From Octopus vulgaris (taxonomy: Eukaryota), in assembly GCA_951406725.2 (NCBI GenBank), contig OX597828.1, positions 67,022,001-67,086,000 of the forward strand: DNA of 64,000 nt. Reading direction: 5' to 3'. Below, piece after piece: positions 1 through 12,389 of the stretch; the stretch's first letter is position 1, and each line of letters begins with the position of its first letter. The notes below the pieces were generated by a model, which was given only the letters and a program-made list of their open reading frames with translations, was not told where the DNA came from and did not search any database. The translations under genes and the position numbers were made by a program.

Positions 1-24
1 TCTCTCACTTACAGACATATTGCA

Positions 25-31
25 CACACGT

Positions 32-74
<43 letters not shown>

Positions 75-188
75 CATTTATAGACTGATAGACTAAACCT
101 GGATATTAAATCAATAACTAGGTTAAAAACTAATTTTCTGATTACAAAAGTTGCTAATATATATTATATATATATATATATACATACA

Positions 189-277
<89 letters not shown>

Positions 278-282
278 ACATA

Positions 283-358
<76 letters not shown>

Positions 359-437
359 CGTACACACATATGCAGACACACACACATATATATAATGTAA
401 GTATACATATGTGTGTCTATGTATGTCTCTCTCTCTC

Positions 438-526
<89 letters not shown>

Positions 527-545
527 GTATATATATATATGTATG
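25..545. repeat. Compound (CA)n/(TA)n/(CT)n microsatellite block
   Basis: Directly visible dinucleotide tracts; source of the H/T, I/Y and C/V artefact ORFs. Confidence 0.95.
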
Positions 546-570
546 TATTTATATCTATGCATGTGTTGTT

Positions 571-673
571 GCGTCTGTGTTTGTCCCACCCCCGTCACTG
601 CTTGATAACCGGTGTTGGCGTGTTTGTCCTCGTAACTTAGCGGTTCGGTAAAAAGAACTATAGAATAAGTACT
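571..673 (+). mobile_element. SINE family A, 3'-half fragment
   Basis: Matches the 3' half of the full copies (gtctgtgtttgtccc...cttagcggttcgg...tagaataagtact); begins at the family's internal microsatellite. Confidence 0.75.
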
Positions 674-1188
674 TTCACTTTCTCCCCCCCCCCTTTGTTT
701 CCCTTTATTTACTTATTTCCCCTTTTAAACTTGCACAGCACTTGCTTTCCCTCTGAAACTAGTCTCCCTTGTCTGTTTTACACAACTACACACACACAAC
801 AACAACAACAACACACACACTTACACACACACACACACACACGCACATACCTTTCCCGAGACTAGTTATCTCTTATATCAATCTCTCCCTTCTGTCTCTC
901 TCTATCCCACTCTGTCTCTCTCTCACACTATTTCTCTTCCATTTTACTCCCCCCCCACACACAGAACGTTCTCCGAAACCAGTGTCCTTCCTTTCCCTGT
1001 TAACATCATACGTCCTCTCCCTTTCCTTTTATAACTCTGCTTCTTTCCACAGTCTTCACCCATTTTCCCAATCTTATACAAAACACCTTTCAAATTTCCC
1101 CTCGATTCATTCATCGAATCACTTCCGCAGGACTTATTTTACCGTAGGAAACCTAGCATTTAAGCTATATATTATATACATATATACA

Positions 1189-1540
1189 AGCGCAGGCGTG
1201 GCTGTGTGGTAAGAAGCTTGCTTCCCAACCACATGGTTCCGGGCTCAGTCCCACTGCGTGGCACCATGAGAAAGTGTCTTCTACTATAGCCTCCTGCTAT
1301 ATTGAAATTGAAAGAAGCCTGTCGTATATATGTGATTGTGTCTGTGTTTGTCCCCTAGCATTGCTTGACAACCGATGCTGGCGTGTTTATGTCCCCGTCA
1401 CTTAGCGGTTCGGCAAAAGAGACCGATAGAATAAGTACTGGGCTTACAAAGAATAAGTCCCGGGGTCGATTTGCTCGACTAAAGGCGGTGCTCCAGCATG
1501 GCCGCAGTCAAATGACTGAAACAAGTAAAAGAGTAAAGAG

Positions 1541-1542
<2 letters not shown>
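1189..1542 (+). mobile_element. SINE family A (tRNA-derived, CORE-like), near full length
   Basis: tRNA-like head with A box (tggctgtgtggt) and B-box-like ggctcagtccc, internal TA/TG microsatellite, (gagtaaa)n tail; about 15 related copies in the window. Confidence 0.9.
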
Positions 1543-1590
<48 letters not shown>

Positions 1591-1595
1591 TCGCA

Positions 1596-1808
1596 TGTTT
1601 GTGCTTGTGTTTATCCCTCCACCATCGCTTGACAACCGATCTTGGTGTGTTTATGTCCCCGTAAATTAGCGGTTCGGCAAAAGAGACCGATTGAGACCAG
1701 GCTTACAAAGATGGTTCCGGTGTCCGGTCCCAATGTGTGGCACCTCGGGCCGACCAAAGCATTGTGAGTGGATATTGTAAGGGCAACCTGGAAGACTCCC
1801 ATCGTATA
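1596..1808 (+). mobile_element. SINE family A, rearranged (3' half followed by 5' half)
   Basis: 3'-half sequence up to ggcttacaaag joins directly to head-derived atggttccgg...ggcacc and tcgggccgaccaaagc. Confidence 0.7.
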
Positions 1809-1849
1809 TATATACATGCTCAAAAAAGTTGTACGACTCTATCATCAGA

Positions 1850-2160
1850 TGAAAAGATGCATGCACATCAGCAGAAAACCATGTATGGATAGGCGAGCAT
1901 AAAACCCCAGGACGACTGCAACTTTGAAGGAAGTAATCTAGGAACAGGAAGTAACAACCAATTTCCCGATGCACAAAAGACACAGAGACGCAGAAAGAAC
2001 ACCATACTGTGATAACCGATGAAGACTTTGTGGAGTTAACATCGAAGATATCGCCCACGTCATAAGCGGTTCTCTAAACATGTCATTGCGTTATTATCTA
2101 CCGATGAAACATGATGAGATCCATCGGAAGGATAATCCTGAGACCAAAGCGATATGAACC
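1850..2160 (+). pseudogene. R4/Dong-clade RLE non-LTR retrotransposon fragment (CCHC knuckle region), degenerate
   Basis: Manual translation from 2008: CDNR*RLCGVNIEDIAHVISGSLNMSLRYYLPMKHDEI, matching the CRxC...HI.SGC...RHD motif of RLE elements; upstream EQEVTTN segment. Confidence 0.75.
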
Positions 2161-2257
2161 TGTTATTAATGCCGCCTAACCTCCGTGAGTGTATAAAAAA
2201 ACTCCAGTTAATTTGATTTACTAACCTCAGTCTATCTTCACATCGTCAAATCCATAT

Positions 2258-2474
2258 TGGACAACGAAAAACCTGGCTGATGACAGTCAAGGCTGATCTG
2301 GAACCCAAACTAGGCCCCCATATCTACGGCGTTCGCCGCTGGAATAAGGAGTGGTTGGAGATCACATGGTCGTTAGCCTCAAATCGCCAGGCCTGGTCGG
2401 CGTTTGTGAGAGATGCAGCATTGAGGATGAATGAAGCCAGCTCAACCCACCCCGGGTGAATGCTGTCAAATCAA
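2258..2474 (+). mobile_element. 5'-truncated RTE-clade LINE 3' end with 13-bp TSD
   Basis: Open frame 2259-2459 GQRKTWLMTVKADLEPKLGPHIYGVRRWNKEWLEITWSLASNRQAWSAFVRDAALRMNEASSTHPG*; short (caagt/caaat) tail; direct repeat gtcaaatccatat at 2245-2257 and 2475-2487. Confidence 0.85.
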
Positions 2475-3129
2475 GTCAAATCCATATGTCTATAGAGCCT
2501 ACATTTTTGCAGAAAATAATAAATTTATAATAAAGGAGAAAAAAGAGATTTATATAAAGTTTTATTCAGCAGTTAATTCTTTTCGTTTCTGCACCAACAC
2601 ATGTTTCTGCAGCGATTAACTAATGCACACTGCAAAATTTGTATCTTTATGTGCACTTATTGTTAGTTGCCACTTCTTCAGGTGGAAACAACGACATTGT
2701 TCAGATGTCATCTAAATTATATACTTTTTCCAACTCTACTGGTTAAAAACAAAATGACTGACCGTCCAAGGAATTTTAGTATTCTACAGACATAGACCGT
2801 CTTTAAATGGTGAGTGCTAGTATTGATGCTTAGTAACAGTGGCGATGGTGATGGAAGGGAAGGCGGGGTGGCGTCAGAAATCTGTATGGTGTGTGCATGG
2901 CAGATGTGGTGATGGCGATGGTGGTGGTACTGTTCTTTTTATCATGCAGCTTTGCAGTAAGTTTCAATTCGACAAATTATAATTGTTCATTGCTTGAAAA
3001 ACAGTGTTGAAGTTTTATAAAATTTAATATGTACTCAATGAAGTGTCATTGTTGGGCCCAATGCCTAATGAAGAGCCCTGCACAGGAGCTAGCTTAAAAT
3101 CCGACCCAGAGGGCGGCTTTTAAACTAGA

Positions 3130-3223
<94 letters not shown>

Positions 3224-3227
3224 GCGA

Positions 3228-3360
3228 CTGCGTTTGTTTCCCACCACCACCACCATTGCTTGACAATCGATGTTGGTGAGTTTACGTAACTTAGCGGTTC
3301 GGCAAAAGAATAAGCGGTTCGGCAAAGGCATGGCCGCAGTCAAAATGACTGAAACAAATA
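3228..3360 (+). mobile_element. SINE family A, deleted 3'-half fragment
   Basis: gcttgacaatcgatgttggtg...cttagcggttcggcaaaag...catggccgcagtcaaaatgactgaaac. Confidence 0.75.
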
Positions 3361-3425
3361 CAGGAATATATGTATGTATACATACACACACGCACGTGCG
3401 CACTCACACATCACACACACTCACA

Positions 3426-3458
<33 letters not shown>

Positions 3459-3485
3459 GCACACACACACACATATATATATATT

Positions 3486-3537
<52 letters not shown>

Positions 3538-3594
3538 AAGCTATAAGAACACGTACATACATAGATATATGTCATATGTGCAAATGTACCCGTA

Positions 3595-3937
3595 TTCTTA
3601 TTTGTTTCAGCCATTTGACTGTGGCCATGGTCGGCCTTTAGTCGAACAAATCGATCCCAGGACTTATTCTTTGTTAGCCTGGTACTTATTGAATCGGGTT
3701 TTTTACCAACATCGGTTGTGAAGCGATGGTAGGGGAACAAACTTAGAAACACACACACACAGACACACACACATACACACACATATATATAATATATATA
3801 TACGACGGGCTTCTTTCAGTTTCTGTCTACCAAATCCACCCGAGGCTATAGTAGAAGGCACTTGCCCAAGGTTCCACGCAGTGGGAATGAACCTGGAACC
3901 ATGTGGCTGGTAAGCAATCTACTTACCACACAGCCAT
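3595..3937 (-). mobile_element. SINE family A
   Basis: Reverse complement of family A from tail to head (cttaccacacagcca). Confidence 0.85.
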
Positions 3938-4023
3938 TTATATATATATACATGCATACGTACAGATAGATATAAGCACACATAAAAGTAAACACACACA
4001 TACTTTTCGCGTAATGGCGCATG

Positions 4024-4083
<60 letters not shown>

Positions 4084-4248
4084 TATGCGTTTAAGTATGC
4101 CTTCGCAGTATGGATAAGAAGTTTACTTCTGAATCACTAGGTCCATGGTTCGAGCCCGCTGTATGCTATCTTGGCCTTGACACTTTCACTATAGCTACGG
4201 TTCGATGCACACATAGTGAACAAAACCTCATAAAAGGAAACTAGAAGC

Positions 4249-4474
4249 TTTACTACCCACAAGGGGCTAAACATAGAGAGGACAAAACAGGACAGACACA
4301 CGGATTAAGTCGATTAGATCGACCCCAGTGCGTAACTGGTACTTAATTTATCGACCCCGAAAGGATGAAAGGCAAAGTCGACCTCGGCGGAATTTGAACT
4401 CAGAACGTAACGGCAACCGAAATACAGCTACGCATTTCACCCGGCGTGCTAACGATTCTGCCAGCTCGCCGCCT
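4249..4474 (-). mobile_element. SINE family B (tRNA-derived), full length, with ~17-bp TSD, nested in an old family-A copy
   Basis: Head ggcggcgagctggcagaatcgttagc, B box gagttcaaattcc, central gactttgcctttcatcctttcggggtcgataaa; TSD aaaagg(a/t)aactaga(a/g)gc at 4232-4248 and 4477-4493. Confidence 0.9.
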
Positions 4475-4624
4475 TCAAAAGGTAACTAGAGGCCTGTCAG
4501 CGGGTTTGTTATATGAAGGTATGGCCTTGTCACAAACCGTGTGACACTGATTCTGAGAATTACTTTAAGGGGACTTGTGTATGCAGAATACTCAGCTACA
4601 AGCGTGTGACCAGGATCTTTTGCT

Positions 4625-4827
4625 TTTTCCTTGTTTCGGTCAATGAACAGCGGCCATGCTGGGGTACCTCCTTGAAGTGTTATAGCTGGCCGAATCGACT
4701 TTCTTTTATGAAGCCTGGTAATTATCGTATTAGTATATTTTGCCGAACCGCTAAGATGCCGGGACGTAGACAAAGCAACACCAGTTGTCAGTCGATCGTG
4801 GGGGACAAACACAAATATAAACACACG

Positions 4828-4830
<3 letters not shown>
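4625..4830 (-). mobile_element. SINE family A, diverged 3' half
   Basis: ggccatgctgggg...ttttgccgaaccgctaag...ggggacaaacac. Confidence 0.7.
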
Positions 4831-4898
<68 letters not shown>

Positions 4899-4901
<3 letters not shown>

Positions 4902-5838
4902 GAATGTTTGGTCTTTGTTGCTAAGGTCAAATTTTGCCTTTGTTAGTAATTTTTTCAAGTTTTTAGGCTGTCTTTTACTAAGAACCATAGCTCAATCCGT
5001 GATTATATCTTTTAATTCATTACTTTGAGCAATGTTTGGTAGGTTTGCTTTGGCAATGTTGAAGATATTCTGGTGACATGGGTTGTGTGTCACTATGAAT
5101 GGTATGGCTTGTTCTTGTTTTCCTCTTCCTTGGGTTGTCCTAAGTTGTTGTATGGGTATTTTTGAGCAAAAATTCTCTTGGTTCGGTTAGGCGTTTGTTC
5201 CTGATATTTGCATCTTCTACAATGGTACAAATTCTTCTGGCTAGGCAGTATGGAATGTTGCGTTTTGTATGTGGTTGATGGCACGACTTAAAATTCAGGT
5301 ATTGATGTGTGTCTGTGTGTTTATAGTATATATCTGTGGTGATGGTGGTGTCCTTTTTAATTACCATTATATCTAGGAATGGTAATTTGGTACTATTCAT
5401 CTCCTTTGTAAATTGGAGAGATGGGTGTAGGTTGTTCAGGAGGATATCAAACTCTTCCAGAGTATTTAGAGATTCTGTCCAGATTATGAAGCAGTCGTCA
5501 AGGTATCTCTTCCATGCCTTTTCAATATACTTTCTAAATCCAGTGCCATAGTTTACCTCCACCTCTTGGTAGAGTTGTTGTTCTAAGTATCCCATTACAG
5601 AGTTGGCGTAAACGGGAGCAAACCTCGTTCCCATCGCCGTGCCTCAAATTTGGATGTAATTCTTTCCATTGAAGAAGAATGTGTTGTTTTCTAGAATAAG
5701 TTTGACTGTGTCTAATATAAATGGCACTGTGAATCTGCTGGGAATCACTTCTCTATGTTTTTCTAACCAGTATTTAATCGCCTTTATTCCTAAATCGTGT
5801 GGAATATTGGTGTAGAAGCTTACCACATCAAAACTTAG
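4899..5838 (-). pseudogene. Penelope-like element reverse transcriptase fragment (frameshifted)
   Basis: ORFs 5644-5826 and 5140-5634 give [50 protein letters not shown], then SKRQPKNLKKLL; PLE RT and thumb motifs; flanked by (CA)n and (TA)n. Confidence 0.92.
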
Positions 5839-5854
5839 TGTATATATATGTATA

Positions 5855-5941
<87 letters not shown>

Positions 5942-5971
5942 GCATATATATGTATGTATATATATATGTGT

Positions 5972-6102
5972 GTCAGCCGAAATTGCTAGGATGATCCGGT
6001 TCTTGACTGAAGATTGAAGGCTTCGAATGTCCCGTCCGTGTTTTTTGTGTCGTCTTCTAAATGTTTTACGTTCTTGTCCCAGTTTGTATTTTTCTACATA
6101 TT
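5972..6102 (+). mobile_element. PLE-terminus-like family P2 fragment between (TA)n tracts
   Basis: Reverse complement of 12387-12520 and 13133-13237. Confidence 0.7.
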
Positions 6103-6121
6103 TATATATATATATATAAGT

Positions 6122-6327
6122 ATTTGTGTGTTTGTGTTTGTGCCCCCACCATCGCTTGACAACCGATGTTGGTGTCTTTTTTGAGGTTCGGCAAAAGAGA
6201 CCGATAGAATAAGTACTAGGCTTACAAAGAATAAGTCCTGAAGTCGATTTGTTCGACTAAAGGCGGTGTTCCAGCATGGCCGCAGTCAAAATGACTGAAA
6301 CAAGTAAAAGAGTAATAAGTAAAGAGT
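6122..6327 (+). mobile_element. SINE family A, 3' half
   Basis: Family A 3' half and tail, starting at the internal microsatellite. Confidence 0.85.
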
Positions 6328-6417
6328 ATATATATCTTTGTGTGTGTGTGTGTGTGCGTGTGTACGTGTGTTTGTGTATGTATATGTATGCATACACATA
6401 CATGTATTTGTATATAT

Positions 6418-6465
<48 letters not shown>

Positions 6466-6611
6466 TGAGAGAGTGAGAGAGTTATATATATATATATATA
6501 TAAATTGACTGATTGATATCTAGATCGATATCTATGCATGCGTTTGTATATGTGTATATGTATATGTAAGTGTGCAAGTGGCTGATGAGCGGTGGTTCGT
6601 ATGTGTGAATG

Positions 6612-6642
<31 letters not shown>

Positions 6643-7018
6643 ATAAATATATATATATATATAAATAAAATCTAAGGATTGATCGAGGTGTAGGAAGAAG
6701 GTTAGCTTCAAGCAATCCGTAGTAAATATAAAAAAACATCTTTCAGGGACAATAGTGGTTTATTGAGACAAAAAGTTGTGGATTTTTTTTCTTATCGAAG
6801 TACGATAAATTGAAAAAAGTTCGTTACATTTCATGGTAGGTGATCAGGGTTGCCGGGTATGTCGTACATGAATGTGTATATGTATGTCTCTACAAGTGTA
6901 TGTGTGTATATGTGTATGTGCGTATGTGTATTTATACGTATATGTGTGCGTGTATAGACGCATATATGTACACTGAGGGAGAGAGATAGTAGTACAGACA
7001 GAGTGACATGGAGAGAGA

Positions 7019-7393
<375 letters not shown>

Positions 7394-7414
7394 AGCGTCG
7401 AGCTGGCCGAATCG

Positions 7415-7475
<61 letters not shown>

Positions 7476-7744
7476 AAAATAATTAATTGACAGGTGTCAG
7501 TCCGTCATATCAGTTTCTTACGAATTTTTTAATTGATCAATGAATACATTATATCATTATAAAAACAAAAACATTTTCCTCAGGTGAATAGAGTTAGGTC
7601 CAGTTAACGGCATACATTACCTGTATAATCATTCTGCCAGTACTCCTGTACCAAGGTTGGTATTCATCTATATTTGATGTGTGCGCGTTTTATTCCTACC
7701 TGACCAGGTGCCTCAACTTTAAAGACCTTAGTCAACTGGAACTA

Positions 7745-7796
<52 letters not shown>

Positions 7797-7799
<3 letters not shown>

Positions 7800-8172
7800 T
7801 CTTTAACTTTTTAACTTGTTTCAGACATTTGACTGCGGCCATGCTGGAGCACCACCTTTAGTCGAGCAAATCGACCCCGGGACCTATTCTTTGTAAGCCC
7901 AGTACTTATTCTATCGGTCTCTTTTTTGTCGAACCGCTAAGTGACGGGGACGTAAACACACCAGCATCGGTTGTCAAGCAATGCTAGGGGGACAAACACA
8001 GACACATATATACGACAGGCTTCTTTCAGTTTCCGTCTACCAAATCCACTCACAAGGCATTGGTCCGCCCGGGGCTATAGCAGAAGATACTTGCCCAAGA
8101 TGCCACGCAGTGGGACTGAACCCGGAACCATGTGGTTGGTTAGCAAGCTACTTACCACACAGACACTCCTGT
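7797..8172 (-). mobile_element. SINE family A, full length
   Basis: Reverse complement of the family A consensus from tail to head. Confidence 0.9.
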
Positions 8173-8265
8173 GTGGTAAAATTAAATAAGGTTAGAAATT
8201 GATATTAATCAATTAAAACCAGTGGCCTAGCATATTTAAAAAAAATCCGAAGATTAAAAATTGTG

Positions 8266-8441
8266 TTACATCCAAAATTTAGAGGGATGACCACTAATAG
8301 TGGACAGCCTGTATGCTAGAAATAGACGTCAAACTCGTCATTCTTGAGAACACATTCTTTGTGGTAAATGACGAGTTTGACGTCTATTTCTATCATACAG
8401 GCTGTCCACTATTAGTGGTCATCCCTCTAAATTTTGTATGT
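8266..8441. repeat. Fold-back inverted repeat (~75-bp arms, ~24-nt loop)
   Basis: aaaatttagagggatgaccactaatagtggacagcctgtatg...aaactcgtcatt is mirrored by aatgacgagttt...catccctctaaatttt; ends in (TA)n. Confidence 0.9.
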
Positions 8442-8442
8442 G

Positions 8443-8474
<32 letters not shown>

Positions 8475-8478
8475 TGTG

Positions 8479-8528
<50 letters not shown>

Positions 8529-9112
8529 CATAAATACATACATTCGCGCACGCACATGCAGACAAACACACATGGGTACGTACACACACGCACACACACA
8601 TACACACATCATACACACACACACACACACATACATGCACGCACAAACATACATGCTTACATACAGAGAGAGAGAGAGAGAGGGAGAAAGAAAGAAAAAG
8701 AGATCATAATCGAAAGAAATCGAATGAAATCAATTTATCATTTCTTCAAAAGTGCATTAACCCTCTATCCAGGAAAAGCAACGTCATTTCTCCTCACCTC
8801 TCTCTCCCTCTCCCTCCCTCTCTCCCTCCTTCCTCTCTCTCTCACTCTCTCCCCTTCTCTCTCTTTCCGTCTCTTATTCTCTCCTTCTCTCTTTGTTTCC
8901 TCCTCCCACTTCCCCTTTCTTTTTCTCATGTTCCTCCTACCCTCACTACTCTTCTATGTCCTCTTTACGATGACGTAATTCCTCTACAAGATAGAAATAA
9001 ATATAAAAGAGAGAGAGGAGGAGGAGTAGGAGGAGGAGGCTGAGGCAATATAAAATTTTAATACTTAACCAAATTTTCGTCCATTCACGAGCCTTTTGCT
9101 GTTTTATCATAA

Positions 9113-10083
9113 ACTGGCTGAGTAGCCCGTCGTCGCCGGGAAATTTTTATTATAGAATGTCGTATTTAAATCTTTGTTTGTTCCATGTCAGACCATATCT
9201 TACCCGACAGATTTATGAAAATTTTCACAAAAGACTTTGTTGAGGATTGTTTCTTTTTAAAATTATTTACATAGTAGGCGCAGGAGTGGCTGTGTGGTAA
9301 GCAGCTTGCTTACCAACCTCATGGTTCTGGGTTCAGTCCCACTGCGTGGCACCTTGGGCAAGTGTCTTCTTCTATAGCCTCGGGCCGACCAAAGCCTTGT
9401 GAGTAGATTTGGTAGACGGAAACTGAAAGAAACCCGCCGTATATATATGTATATATATGTATGTGTATATGTTTGTGTGTCTGTGTTTGTCCCCCAACAT
9501 CGCTTGATAACCGATGGTGGTGTGTTTACGTCCCCGTAACTTAGCGGTTCGGCAAATGAGACCGATAGAATAAGTACTAGGCTTACAAAGAATAAGTCCT
9601 GGGGTCGATTTGCTCGACTAAAGGCGGTGCTCCAGCATGGCCGCAGTCAAATGACTGAAACAAATAAAAGAGTAAAGGAGTATATCTGTTCGACCGTTTC
9701 ACATGACTTTATTCATTAAAACTTATTAAAAGTTCAGAAGTTCTTACAACTTTGGTCATCGTAATGCTTTGCTTTCGTTTTGTTTAATAAAAAATTCCTC
9801 CTCATAATGATTTTGCTTTCATTTTGTGATAGCTATTATGCAGAAAATACCAGGTTCCAAATCCTGTTTTTTTGATTAGGTAAAATTGATCAGACTTTAA
9901 ATCTCTGTAACATTTTTCTACAATTTTTGTGGAATAAATATCTAACAAAATCGGATTCAACGTGATATTTAGTATATTGATAATATGCTAAATTTGAAAA
10001 TTTTGACTTTATTTAAAAATTTCAAAATATGTGACAGTATCAGAAAAGACCCGACCGACACAGAGAGACAGACATTTATAGAT
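9113..10083 (+). mobile_element. Possible non-autonomous Helitron/Helentron-like element (interrupted by SINE A)
   Basis: Start actggctgagtagcccgtcgtcgccggg and end aaaatcgg...gaccgacacagagagacagacatttatagat resemble HINE/DINE-1-like termini; pattern recall only. Confidence 0.35.
9276..9682 (+). mobile_element. SINE family A, full length
   Basis: aggcgcaggagtggctgtgtggt head, B box ggttcagtccc, CORE-like ccttgggcaagtg, internal (TA/TG)n, tail. Confidence 0.92.
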
Positions 10084-10130
10084 TTGACGCAAACACATAC
10101 AAACACACAGACACGTGCACACACATATAT

Positions 10131-10362
10131 ATTTCTTTACTACCCACAAGGGGCTAAACGCAGAGGAGACAAACAAGGACAGACAAACGGATTAAGGCGA
10201 TTAGATCGACCCCAGTGCGTAACTGGTGCTTAATTTATCGACCCCGAAGGGATGAAAGGCAAAATCGACCTCGGCGGAATTTGAACTCAGAACGTAACGG
10301 CAGACGAAATACGGCTACGCATTTTGCCCGGCTTGCTAACGTTTCTGCCAGCTCGCCGCCTT
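10131..10362 (-). mobile_element. SINE family B
   Basis: Near-identical to 4249-4474. Confidence 0.9.
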
Positions 10363-10907
10363 CACACATATATATATACACACACACATACACATTTACA
10401 AACATACACACTGGTAATCACGATTTTAAGATGTTGCATAGTAGACACACATGTGTGTATGTATATATATGTATATATATATATATATATATGTATGCGC
10501 GTGTCCGTGTATGTGTCTGTGTGTGAGTGCTTCCTTGTGATGGACAGCAGAAACGATGCCTGTGAAAATTGGCAACTTACTAAACTCCCTCACACCCACC
10601 TTTCTTTCCCTTCCTCGGTGTTCTAAAAGTTACTTATGTGTGTGTGTATGTGTGTGTGTGCGCTTGTCTGTGTATGTATGTATGAATCTATATATTTACC
10701 TACGTTTATGTATGCAGCGTCCGTTGTGATATATTCTCATGTTTCTCCAAGCCCCGCCCACAGCATCGAAATTTCCAAATTTATATTCTTTCACTCAATT
10801 ACTACCTTATTCCTCTCATTCAATTCCAGTCCCAGCGCCTTATACTTCCTTATACCGCACAGCCAAAACAGCCGAATGACTGTCAAGAGTTTTATAAGTT
10901 ATAAGAT

Positions 10908-11282
10908 AGCGGTATTTCGTCTGCCGTTACGTTCTGAGTTCAAATTCCGCCGTGGTCGACTTTGCCTTTCATCCTTTCGGGGTCGATAAATAAAGTACCA
11001 GTTTCGCACTGGGGTCGATGTAATCGACTTAATCCCTTTGTCTGTCCTTGTTTGTCCGTCCACTCTGTGTTTAGCCCCTTGTGGGTAGTAAAGAAATAGG
11101 TATTTCGTTTGCCGTTACGTTCTGAGTTCAAATTCCGCCGAGGTCCACTTTGCCTTTCATCCTTTCGGGGTCGATAAATAAAGTACTAGTTTCGCACTGG
11201 GGTCGATGTAATCGACTTAATCCCTTTGTCTGTCCTTGTTTATTCCCTCTATGTCTAGCCCCTTGTGGGCAATAAATAAATA
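10908..11282 (+). mobile_element. Head-to-tail dimer of 5'-truncated SINE B with a single 10-bp TSD
   Basis: Two ~190-bp units, both starting at ggtatttcgt; tataagatag at 10900-10909 and 11283-11292. Confidence 0.85.
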
Positions 11283-11929
11283 TATAAGATAGGATACGTT
11301 GCCATCACTTCATATAATTATACTGGTTTTATTTACAGACTAAAATAGCAGATGACAGATTACACGAGTTATCTCCCTTCTCACTCTTTTTATCGATAAC
11401 ACTTCGCGGTTATGTCGCCTGCTGATCGTCTGTGTGTGTGTACAAGTGTGTGTGTGTGTGTGTGTGTGTGCACGCGCGCGCGTGTGTGCAGGTGTATGTA
11501 ATCATGTCTGTGTGCCTGTTGTGCATGTTTGATAATATGTGTAAGTGAATGTATGTATATGCATGTGTATAATAGATTATGCATATGTGAGCGGATGGGT
11601 GCGTATGTATGTGTGTTCTCTGTTTGCTTGTGTATATTTGAAAGTGAGTGTGTGTGTGTTTGTGTGTGTGTTTGTGTGTATGTGTTTGTGTGTGTGTTTT
11701 GTGTGTGCTTGTGTATATATGAAAGTGAGTGAGTGTGTGTATGTGTGTGTGTGTTTGTGTGTATGTGTTTGTGCGTGTGTGTGTGTGTGCGTGAGTGCAC
11801 GTGTATTTCTATGTGTGTGTGTAGCACAAAAAAATTCATAGTTTTTCTCTTTATTCGTATCAAATTACTTTTATAAGAATTGTCAATAGCAGCGTAGCGT
11901 GTGTGTGTATCGGGTGCATGCGTGAATAC

Positions 11930-12070
11930 CCATGGCATAGTGGCTAGAGGTGATGGTCACATATCGTAATTTCGTGGGTTCCATTCCTGAACAGGGCACC
12001 GCGTTTCGTCCTTGAGCAAGACACTTTATTTCATATTGCTTCTATTTACTCATTTGACAGTGGATACTAA
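11930..12070 (+). mobile_element. Old CORE-type SINE (family E), degenerate
   Basis: tggcatagtggctaga A box, ggttccattcc B box, tccttgagcaagacacttt CORE motif. Confidence 0.6.
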
Positions 12071-12239
12071 GCCTAGTGTTGGCGCATCTTTCTCTCTTCG
12101 AGCGGTCACAGCCACGAAGGTCCCCTGGGTTAAGGATATGAGGAACGAATGGGAAACTACATCTGCAGGCCACTCTGTTATACACCTAAACAACTAGCGA
12201 CATTATGGGGTATAAGCTGCCAGGTCGTACACGACTGCA

Positions 12240-12347
12240 AGTGGCCTCCTTCTTTCCTTCTTTCCTGAGCGTCCAATAATACTTTATTTGTTCCACGTCC
12301 TCGCGTTGCTGTTTTTTTGTGTTTTTTTTGTGTTTTCTTGTTAGGAT

Positions 12348-12352
<5 letters not shown>
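12240..12352 (+). mobile_element. PLE-terminus-like family P1 3' end
   Basis: ctgagcgtccaataatac...ccacgtcctcgcgttg; inverted relative to the copy at 13711-13793; ends in (TA)n. Confidence 0.55.

Positions 12353-12384
<32 letters not shown>

Positions 12385-12389
<5 letters not shown>

Noticed and set aside
123-651. ORFs rich in HT, IY and CV dipeptides (also 17383-18510, 27987-28680, 46025-47029, 58009-58915)
   Set aside because: Translations of dinucleotide microsatellites, which lack stop codons; no coding signature.
9276-9350. tRNA-like sequences at SINE heads (also 30781, 56263, 4400-4474)
   Set aside because: They continue into SINE bodies, are multicopy and do not close a proper cloverleaf; not tRNA genes.
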